Shown: piece by piece, positions 16,128 to 23,338 of the stretch | Position numbering within the stretch: position 1 is the first letter of the stretch | Layout of the letters: every line of letters starts with the position of its first letter | From: Myxococcales bacterium | Lineage (GTDB): Bacteria; Myxococcota; Myxococcia; Myxococcales; Anaeromyxobacteraceae | Direction: 5' to 3' | Assembly: GCA_038320275.1 (NCBI GenBank) | Contig: JBBQEB010000027.1 | Location: 1-30,269, forward strand | Length of the DNA: 30,269 nt | Made by a program: the position numbers and the translations under genes | Notes under the pieces: generated by a model | The model's database searches: none | Told to the model about the DNA's origin: nothing | The model's input: the letters and a program-made list of their open reading frames with translations, nothing else

Positions 16128-17789
16128 CTACTGCACGAACCTCTCGTACTGCGGATCCCACATTGCCTTCTGGACGGCTGCCTTGAGGTCCCCCGCCGGC
16201 CGAGGCGCCCGCGCCGAGCCGTCCTTGAACGCCATCTCGGCGACCGCGGTCCCGATGGCCACCGACACCTCGCGGATGCGCTTCAGCGACGGGTAAATGC
16301 GCCCCATCTCGAGATCGCTCTCCAGGACCATGTCGGCGAGGGTGCGCGCAGCCTTCGCGAACATCGCGTCGGTCACGATCTTGGCCTCGCTCACTACGAC
16401 GCCCAGCCCCACGCCCGGGAAGATGTAGGAGTTGTTCCCCTGGCCCGGGACGAAGGTCTTGCCCTCGAAGACGAACGGCGGGAAGGGGCTGCCGCTCGCG
16501 TAGATGGCCTTCCCCTTCGACCAAGAGTACGCCTCGCCAGCCGTGCACTCCGCCTTGGAGGTGGGGTTCGAGAGCGCGAAGATCATCGGGCGCTCGTTGA
16601 TCTGTGACATCGCCTCGACCACCTCCTGGTTGAACGCCTTCGGGATGGTGGACACGCCGATGATGGCGGTGGGCTTCAGCTCGCGGACCGCCTCGATGAA
16701 GGAGGTGATCTCCTTGAAGTCGTGCGCGAAGGGCAGCTTGTGGTGCGCGAGGTCCTTGCGGGACTTCACCACGAGCCCCTTGGAGTCGAAGAACCAGCAG
16801 CGCTTGCGGGCCTCCTCGAGGTTGGAGCCCTCGAGCGCCATCGCAGAGGCGATGAGCTCGCCGATGCCGATGCCCGCCTCGCCCGCCCCGAGGAAGAGGA
16901 TCTTCTGCTCGTTGATCTTCTTCTTCGTCACCCGCATGCCGGAGTAGAGGCCGGCCAGGGTCACCGAGGCGGTGCCCTGGATGTCGTCGTTGAAGGTGCA
17001 GACCTTGTTCCGCCAGTGCTCGAGGAGCTGGAAGGCGGTGGTGTTCCCGAAGTCCTCGAACTGCACCAGGACCTTCGGCCATACCTCGTTGGCGGCGGTG
17101 ATGAACTCGCCCACGAAGTCCTCGAAGTCCTTCCCGCGCACGCGCTTGCGGCGCGTCCCCATGTAGAGCGGGTCGGAGAGGTAGGCCTCGTTCTCGGTGC
17201 CGACGTCGAGCATGACCGGCAGGCACTGCGCCGGGTGGATGCCGGCGCAGCCGGTGTAGAGCGACAGCTTCCCGACCGGTATGCCCATGCCGCTCGCGCC
17301 CTGGTCGCCGAGGCCGAGGATGCGCTCGCCGTCCGTGACCACGATGACCCGCACGTCCTTGTGGGGCCAGGACTGGAGCAGCTCCTTCACCCGTCCCTTG
17401 TCCGCGTACTCGACGTAGAGCCCGCGCGAGCGGCGGAAGATGTGGCCCCACTGCTGGCAGGCGAGCCCGACCGTGGGCGTGTAGACGATCGGCATCATCT
17501 GCTCGAGGTTGTCGATGAGCACCCGGTAGAAGAGGACCTCGTTCCGGTCCAGGAGGCTCGCCAGGTGGATGTACCGCTCGAGATCGGTCTGCTTGCGGCT
17601 GTAGTTCTCCATCACGCGGAGGATCTGCTCCTCCATGGTGAAGATCTTGGGGGGGAGCAGCGCCTTGATCCCGAGCGCCTCGCGCTCTTCCGCTGGGAAG
17701 GCCGACCCCTTGTTGAGGAGCGGGTCGCGGAGCACGGCGTAGCCGTGGGGGATACCGGGCTTCGGCTGCAGCTTGGACTTCTCGGGCAT
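16128..17789 (-). CDS. Malic enzyme (large-subunit MaeA/eukaryotic clade; NADP-type fingerprint)
   Basis: NKGSAF, PIVYTPTVG, VTDGERILGLGD.G, QFEDF, FNDDIQGT, GAGEAGIG, LSNPT, QGNNSYIFPG. GGAGA SD before ATG 17789. Confidence 0.95.
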   Translation of the reverse strand: MPEKSKLQPKPGIPHGYAVLRDPLLNKGSAFPAEEREALGIKALLPPKIFTMEEQILRVMENYSRKQTDLERYIHLASLLDRNEVLFYRVLIDNLEQMMPIVYTPTVGLACQQWGHIFRRSRGLYVEYADKGRVKELLQSWPHKDVRVIVVTDGERILGLGDQGASGMGIPVGKLSLYTGCAGIHPAQCLPVMLDVGTENEAYLSDPLYMGTRRKRVRGKDFEDFVGEFITAANEVWPKVLVQFEDFGNTTAFQLLEHWRNKVCTFNDDIQGTASVTLAGLYSGMRVTKKKINEQKILFLGAGEAGIGIGELIASAMALEGSNLEEARKRCWFFDSKGLVVKSRKDLAHHKLPFAHDFKEITSFIEAVRELKPTAIIGVSTIPKAFNQEVVEAMSQINERPMIFALSNPTSKAECTAGEAYSWSKGKAIYASGSPFPPFVFEGKTFVPGQGNNSYIFPGVGLGVVVSEAKIVTDAMFAKAARTLADMVLESDLEMGRIYPSLKRIREVSVAIGTAVAEMAFKDGSARAPRPAGDLKAAVQKAMWDPQYERFVQ

Positions 17790-18173
17790 GAAGTTCTCCG
17801 TGCGGGTGAACGTGCGAACCAAGAAAAAACTGTCGTGGAGCGGCGCATCCTACGACACACCGTCGGCCGAGCGAAAGGACGGGCCGGCCAGCGCTCGGCC
17901 AGGCGACAATCGACCGCAGCTTGTGGATGATCACAGCGGGTGACCTCGCCCGTGAGTACGGGGCGCCGGACTCCAGGGCGAGAACCTCGAGGGAAGGCCC
18001 CCGATGCCCCCGTCCTCCCGCGCCGGTGTATTCACCTTGCGTGCTCTCGCGCATCACCGCGAGGTCGAGGTCCCCCGTTCGCTTGCCTGCGGCGGAGGCG
18101 GGACGCCGCAGAGGACGCGGCGAGCGCGACGCAGGCGCACGGGGCTGCGACAACCTGCCGCGCCCGGGCCTGG

Positions 18174-18202
18174 TTGACGCGGTGCGTTGCGTGCCCCAGA
18201 TT
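18174..18202 (+). promoter_or_regulatory. Putative sigma70-type promoter for the small zinc-finger ORF
   Basis: -35 TTGACG (18174-18179), 17-nt spacer, -10-like CAGATT (18197-18202). Confidence 0.4.
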
Positions 18203-18209
18203 CGGAACC

Positions 18210-18416
18210 ATGAAAGACAGCGTCGCAGCAGCAGAGCGCCCGCTTCATTTCGTCGGTCCGTCGGCAAACCGCTTCCTCTGTGCCGGCCAAACGTCGAGCG
18301 GGAACACCGCCCTGGAGGGCTGGAGCTTCACCGACTGCGCCGAGGCGGTCACCTGCTCCGCGTGCCGTAAGATCATCGCCAGCACCCCTCGAAACGAGGC
18401 GACGCGACGGCACTGA
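18210..18416 (+). CDS. Small hypothetical protein with a putative H/C zinc finger
   Basis: 68 aa, LHF...FLC...FTDCAEAVTCSACRKII. Preceded by TTGACG-17nt-CAGATT-7nt-ATG. Confidence 0.55.
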   Translation: MKDSVAAAERPLHFVGPSANRFLCAGQTSSGNTALEGWSFTDCAEAVTCSACRKIIASTPRNEATRRH

Positions 18417-18446
18417 CCAGGAAATTTTTCCCTGGGGTCCGCGCGG

Positions 18447-19193
18447 TCACAGGGCGAGGGACACGCCGAAGGTCGCCCCCTTGGAGGCCCGGCTCGCCCA
18501 CGGGAGCACGGGCGTACGGGGCAACGCGTAACGGGCGGCGTCGAGGAGGGCGGTGGCCGCCAGAAGCGCGTTCATCGCCCGGCGCGAGACCTTGGTGTCG
18601 CGGTAGAGGGCGCTCAGGTCGCCCGCAGGGGGCTCGAAGCTCGCCACGTCGGCAGTGACGTAGGCGAGCGAAGCGAGAATGCCGAACGCGAGCATGCCCG
18701 TGCGAAAGGGCGCGTCCGCAGCGCGGAGATCGGGCTCGTGCGTGAGGATGACCTCGTCGTAGAGGTGCTGGCACTGGAGGCCCGCGGTCAAGATGATCGA
18801 GAGCCCGCGCAGCCCCGGCGAGAAGGGGGCTCCCGAGCGCGTGGTGCAGCGATCGCGGCCGCACGTGATTCCCGGCGCGATGCTGAAGAACGGAATTGCG
18901 CCGGCGAAGCGCACCGGCTCCAGTTGAGGCACGTTCCCCATGGCGAGGTTGGCGGCGACGTGGCAGCCCTCGTGCGCCGCGAAGCCCGCGGCCGCCCCAG
19001 CCAGGAACAGCCCCGCGGTCGCGGCCAGCGGCCGTCCACCATGGCCCCCCTGCGGCTCGGAGGCGACGGAGTCCAAGCCGCGGGCGGGGGCGGGCGTCGC
19101 TGCCGCGCCTGCGAGGAGCGCGGCTGCGATCAGGGAGCGCGCGTGAACCAGGCCGGTGCCGGTGGGCGCGGGGCGCCCGGCTCGAGGATCCAC
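18447..19193 (-). CDS. Membrane protein with HExxH motif (M50-like metalloprotease candidate); start uncertain
   Basis: Signal-like LIAAALLAGAAA..A, hydrophobic helix ending in HEGCH (18960-18974), further TM segments, AG and GD motifs. The annotated start overlaps the FkbH 3' end by 64 nt. Confidence 0.65.
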   Translation of the reverse strand: MDPRAGRPAPTGTGLVHARSLIAAALLAGAAATPAPARGLDSVASEPQGGHGGRPLAATAGLFLAGAAAGFAAHEGCHVAANLAMGNVPQLEPVRFAGAIPFFSIAPGITCGRDRCTTRSGAPFSPGLRGLSIILTAGLQCQHLYDEVILTHEPDLRAADAPFRTGMLAFGILASLAYVTADVASFEPPAGDLSALYRDTKVSRRAMNALLAATALLDAARYALPRTPVLPWASRASKGATFGVSLAL

Positions 19194-21340
19194 GCCCCTT
19201 CACCGTCCGCCGTGAAGCCGGCGCTCTCGTACAGCTTGCTGCAGGGTGTGTTGCGGTCGGTGGGCAGGTAGCGGCCGATGAAGCGCACCTGCGGGGCGTC
19301 TTCCGCGTCGAGCACGCGCCGCAGGACGAGCTGTTCCAGGCCGTAGCCCATGGCCCGGCAGCTCATCACGAAGGACTCCAGGATCCGATCGTGCCCCTGC
19401 CGGCGCACGATCGCGGTGGCGACGAGCCCGACGCTGCCGAACTTGTCCGAAAGGCTCGCCGTGTAGACGGCGTGGTCCGGGCTCTGCGCCAGCGCGGCGA
19501 GCTCCTTCCGTGTGTAGCGGAGGGCGGTGGTGTTGAACTGGTTCGTGCGCTGTACCAGTTCCGCCACGCGATCGAGCTCTCCCCGCGCGGCGAGGCCGAA
19601 CTTCGCGTCGAGCTGGAGGCTCGCCATCATGGTGGCGTAGTCGAAGCTGGGGTGGAGGGCGGCCTTCCGTGCCAGCCCTTGCCGATACAGCTCGGTGCGC
19701 TTGCGCGCCTCCTCCGTCTGCCGCGTGTTGGGAAAGCGCAGCATACGCTCCAGCCAGGCGACCGCGTGGGGCGCGTTGGGATCGAGGGTCCTCACCTGCG
19801 GCAGCTGGCTCCTCACGAGGTCGCGCTCCGCGGGGTTGTCGTCGAGGAGCACGAAGCTGTCCAGGCCGAGATCGAGCTCCTGGGCCGCCTCCTGCAGCGA
19901 CCGGACCTTGAGGTCCCAGCTGATCTTTTGCAGGACGAAGTCGTCCGGCTTCAGCGTCATCTCCTCCCAGCGAACGTTCTTGGGGTCGTTCTTGCTCACC
20001 GCCACGAGGACGATGCCGGCTTCCTCGAGGCGCCGGAGGGTGCGCTGGAGCCCGTGCCGCTGCTCGACCGCGCCGTCGGCCATGACCCCGTCCCAGAGCG
20101 TATTGTCGAAGTCGACCGCCAGCACCTTGCAGCGTGAGAGCTCCCGGTGCGAGTGGATGACGTCGAGGTAGGCCGGGACGAGCAGCTCCCCGAAGCGCGA
20201 CGTGTGGAAATCGCCGCTGGCGATCCACGACGGGATGAGCTGCTGGCTGCACGTCCGCAGGCCGTGGGCGCGCGCCACCGCGGCCTCGCCCAGCAGCACG
20301 GCGTTCTCGGTGTGGTCCACCACCTCCGTCACGGCCGCGTTCAGCACCTCGAGGAGGTCCCGATGCGCCGAGGAGAGGGGGCTCAGGACGGGGAGGAAGC
20401 GGCGCAGGTGCGTCAGCGGCAGCCCGCTCGCATCGTGCACGACGAAGGTCGCGTCGGTGTGCTCCCGCAGCGCGGACATGAAATCGCGCATGGTCGCGAC
20501 GATGGCATCCACCCGGCCCCGGACCTCGGCCGGCGGCAGCCTGCTTCCCTCGCGCATGAGCGACGCGAACGGAGCGATGCCCTTGTAGCTGAGGAAGGTC
20601 ATCGCGATGAGGTCGGCCGGGAACTCGCGCAGGAAGGCCAGCGTGCCTTCCGTGGAGAGGCCGCTGCCGTAGATGGCGCTGAAGTAGTTGACCCTGAAGT
20701 CGAGGGGCAGCCCCTCGGCGCGGCAGCGGCTGAAGAGCGCTACCCGGAGCTCGTTCATGAGGCAGTCGCCGAGGCCCATGACGCGGATGGGCCTGGCGGG
20801 CGCGGGCGCCCGGAGGGGGGCGTGAAGATCCTTCAGCGCCGCTGCGAGCGCGGAACGCGCGGGCTCGTCCTTCACGAGCGCCAGCAGCGCCCCCTCATCG
20901 GAGGGGAGAACCTCGTCGAAGAACTGGGTGCGGAGAGCCCAGGCCGCCTGGTGCGGCGCGTAGCGAAGCCGCTCGTCGAGGTAGACGTCGCGGTAACGAC
21001 CCTCCCCCGTGCGGAGCCAGGCGCGCAGGAGCTGGAAGAGGGGCTGCAGGAACGCGCGAAGGAGGGACGTCCGGGACGGAAGCTCCGCCACGCGGATGCC
21101 GAAACGCCTCAAGCGCGGCAGGTCGAACTGGGACGCGTACCACGCATCGAGCACCGACTCGCGCCCGGCGAGGAGGGTCGCGTCGAGTCGCCGCCGCTCG
21201 CCGCCCGTGAGCTGGCCGCGGCTCCGAGCCCGAGCTTCCCACCTCGAGCCCTGGGCGGCCGCGTTCAACGGAGCTGACATCGCAGTGTTCTCGTCCTGTG
21301 TCGGCAACGACCGGGTCCTCGTGAGCGTTCCTTGCGACAT
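19130..21340 (-). CDS. FkbH-like HAD-IIIC phosphatase / glyceryl transferase with a long N-terminal extension
   Basis: KVLAVDFDNTLWDG (HAD DxD), SKND, K..S...AQELDLGLDSFVLLDDNPAER, QRTNQFN, DKFGSVG, SFVMSCRAMG, RNTP. GGAGA SD before ATG 21340 (alternative 21280). Confidence 0.9.
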   Translation of the reverse strand: MSQGTLTRTRSLPTQDENTAMSAPLNAAAQGSRWEARARSRGQLTGGERRRLDATLLAGRESVLDAWYASQFDLPRLRRFGIRVAELPSRTSLLRAFLQPLFQLLRAWLRTGEGRYRDVYLDERLRYAPHQAAWALRTQFFDEVLPSDEGALLALVKDEPARSALAAALKDLHAPLRAPAPARPIRVMGLGDCLMNELRVALFSRCRAEGLPLDFRVNYFSAIYGSGLSTEGTLAFLREFPADLIAMTFLSYKGIAPFASLMREGSRLPPAEVRGRVDAIVATMRDFMSALREHTDATFVVHDASGLPLTHLRRFLPVLSPLSSAHRDLLEVLNAAVTEVVDHTENAVLLGEAAVARAHGLRTCSQQLIPSWIASGDFHTSRFGELLVPAYLDVIHSHRELSRCKVLAVDFDNTLWDGVMADGAVEQRHGLQRTLRRLEEAGIVLVAVSKNDPKNVRWEEMTLKPDDFVLQKISWDLKVRSLQEAAQELDLGLDSFVLLDDNPAERDLVRSQLPQVRTLDPNAPHAVAWLERMLRFPNTRQTEEARKRTELYRQGLARKAALHPSFDYATMMASLQLDAKFGLAARGELDRVAELVQRTNQFNTTALRYTRKELAALAQSPDHAVYTASLSDKFGSVGLVATAIVRRQGHDRILESFVMSCRAMGYGLEQLVLRRVLDAEDAPQVRFIGRYLPTDRNTPCSKLYESAGFTADGEGAWILEPGAPRPPAPAWFTRAP

Positions 21341-21459
21341 GCGATCTCCAGCGAGCGCGAGGGTCCCGCCTCGTGGAGGATCTGTGCGCACCATGTCGAA
21401 AAGGACAGGGCCCGGAAAGGAGCCGAGCAAGCGTCTCCCGTGCTCAAAAGGGGCGTTTG

Positions 21460-21473
21460 TTGATTTCCGTCAA
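21460..21473. promoter_or_regulatory. FNR/FixK-type box upstream of the FkbH gene
   Basis: TTGAT-TTCC-GTCAA is a 9/10 match to TTGAT-N4-ATCAA, in an AT-rich intergenic patch about 120 nt upstream of the probable start. Confidence 0.6.
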
Positions 21474-21569
21474 GGCTTTCGCCCCTTCCAGCATCCCTCG
21501 CCGCGACGAGGTCCCGTGGTCGGAGCGCGCCTTTCCGCGCGGGCAGGCTGGACTCCGCGGACCACCCGC

Positions 21570-22007
21570 TCACGGGCGCCCGGCATCTGCGTGAGGACGA
21601 GGGTCGAAGTGGAGCTGCGTCCCGGGCGGGAGCGCGCGCAGACCCTCGATCCGGGCCGAGGGCCTGGCCCAGTCCACCACCAGCCGCGCCTCCACCTTGT
21701 CGCCCACCTGCATGTGGTCCAGCGAGACGCCAGGGGCGAGATCGAGCGCCATCACCATGGCGGCCATGCCGACAGCAGTGCCCGAACGATCGACGAAGTC
21801 GGGGATGGCCTCGTGCCGGAGCGTCAGCTGTGCCGGCCCCGGCCCGGCGGGAAGCTGCACGATCTCGGCGCGCAGCGCGTAGCTGCGCGCTCCGCCCTCC
21901 CCGCCGGCGTCCCCCCCACCCGTGGAGCCGCGCTCCTTCTGGCAGGCGGGTGCTCCCACGAGCGCCGCCGAGGCGAGGCAGACGGCGAGAGCGCGCTTCA
22001 CCGTCAC
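21570..22007 (-). CDS. CusF-like copper-binding lipoprotein
   Basis: Signal peptide ending in APAC, LTLRHEAIP...GMAAMVM (H..MxM), QVGDKV. GTG start overlaps the mgtE stop (GTGA). Confidence 0.8.
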   Translation of the reverse strand: MTVKRALAVCLASAALVGAPACQKERGSTGGGDAGGEGGARSYALRAEIVQLPAGPGPAQLTLRHEAIPDFVDRSGTAVGMAAMVMALDLAPGVSLDHMQVGDKVEARLVVDWARPSARIEGLRALPPGTQLHFDPRPHADAGRP

Positions 22008-23338
22008 AGGAGCGTTCCGCCCAGGATCATCGCCGCGGTGGTGAAGTAGATGACGAGCCCGGTGACGTCGACGAGCGTCGCCACGAACGGCGCCGATGCG
22101 CTCGCGGGGTCGAGCCGTGCCAGCCGCAGGACGAAGGGGAGCACCGAGCCCGCCAGCGTGCCGAAGGTCACGACGCCCACCAGGCTCGCGGCGACCGTGG
22201 AGGCGAGCAGGAGGTAGTGCTCGCCATAGGTGGGGCGCACCGCCTGCCAAATGATGATGCGCAAGAATCCGATGCTGCCCAGCATGGCGCCGAGGGCGAC
22301 TCCGGTCGCGACCTCGCGCCGCACCACCCGCCACCAGTCGCGCAGTCGCACCTCACCCAGCGCCATGGCCCGGATCACGAGGGTGGTGGCCTGCGAGCCG
22401 GAGTTCCCGCCACTCGAGATGATGAGCGGGACGAAGAGGGCGAGCACCACCGCCCGCGCGATCTCCGCCTCGTAGCGGGCCATGGCGGTGGCGGTCAGCA
22501 TCTCCCCCAGGAAGAGCGCCGCCAGCCAGCCGCCGCGCTTGCGGATCATGTGGAGGAGACCGACCTGGAGGTAGGGCGCCCCGAGCGACTCGGTGCCGCC
22601 CGCCTTCTGCATGTCCTCGGTGGCCTCCGCGTCGGCCACCCCGATGGCGTCGTCCAGGGTGACGATTCCCGCGAGCCGCCCGCCAGCGTCGAGCACCGGG
22701 AGCGCGAGAAGCCGGTGCTCCTTGAAGGCGCGGGCCACCGCCTCCTGACCGTCCGTCTCCCGCAGCGTCACCATGTCGCGGTGCATGACGTCGCGCACGC
22801 GGGTGTCGGCCGGCGCGGTGAGGAGCTCCCGGAAGCTCGCCACGCCCTGCAGGCGCTGCCCCTCGTCGAGCACGTAGACGTAGTAGATCGTCTCGAGCTG
22901 CTCCTGGGCCTGCCGGCGCAGATAGGTGATGGCCTCGTCCACCGTCATGTCGGGGCGAACGCGCGCGAAGCGGGGGCTCATGAGCCCGCCGGCGTGGTCC
23001 TCGGCATAGGCGAGGAGCGCCCGCACCTCCATGCGGCTGCGGTCGTCGAGGAGCGCGACCAGCGCGTCCCGCTCGGCCCCCTCGAAGCGCTGCACCACGT
23101 CGGCCGCGTCGTCGGGAGCGAGGAGCCGCACCCAGGAGCGGCGCTCAACGGCTGGGATGGAGCGCAGGAGGTCGGCCTGATCTAGGGTCGATCTCGACAG
23201 GAAGAGCTCCTCCGCCTGGGGCCGCGGCAGCTCGCCAAACGCCGCCGCCCGATCCTTGCGCGAGAGGATCCCCCAGGCCTCGACGAGGTCGTCCAGCGAG
23301 ACGTCGGCATCGGTGTCGGTGTCCATCGTCGGGCTCAT
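22004..23338 (-). CDS. mgtE: Magnesium transporter MgtE
   Basis: N-domain, AGGLM, CBS pair (YYVYVLD, LPVLD, GIVTLDD), EATED, GGNSGSQ, DPA.ASAPFVATLVDVTG. ATG 23338 overlaps the upstream stop (ATGA). Confidence 0.95.
   Translation of the reverse strand: MSPTMDTDTDADVSLDDLVEAWGILSRKDRAAAFGELPRPQAEELFLSRSTLDQADLLRSIPAVERRSWVRLLAPDDAADVVQRFEGAERDALVALLDDRSRMEVRALLAYAEDHAGGLMSPRFARVRPDMTVDEAITYLRRQAQEQLETIYYVYVLDEGQRLQGVASFRELLTAPADTRVRDVMHRDMVTLRETDGQEAVARAFKEHRLLALPVLDAGGRLAGIVTLDDAIGVADAEATEDMQKAGGTESLGAPYLQVGLLHMIRKRGGWLAALFLGEMLTATAMARYEAEIARAVVLALFVPLIISSGGNSGSQATTLVIRAMALGEVRLRDWWRVVRREVATGVALGAMLGSIGFLRIIIWQAVRPTYGEHYLLLASTVAASLVGVVTFGTLAGSVLPFVLRLARLDPASASAPFVATLVDVTGLVIYFTTAAMILGGTLL

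Noticed and set aside
18417..18435. AT-rich imperfect palindrome CCAGGAAATTTTTCCCTGG
   Set aside because: It lies between two convergent stop codons, so an operator role is unlikely. Too short and weak to call a terminator.
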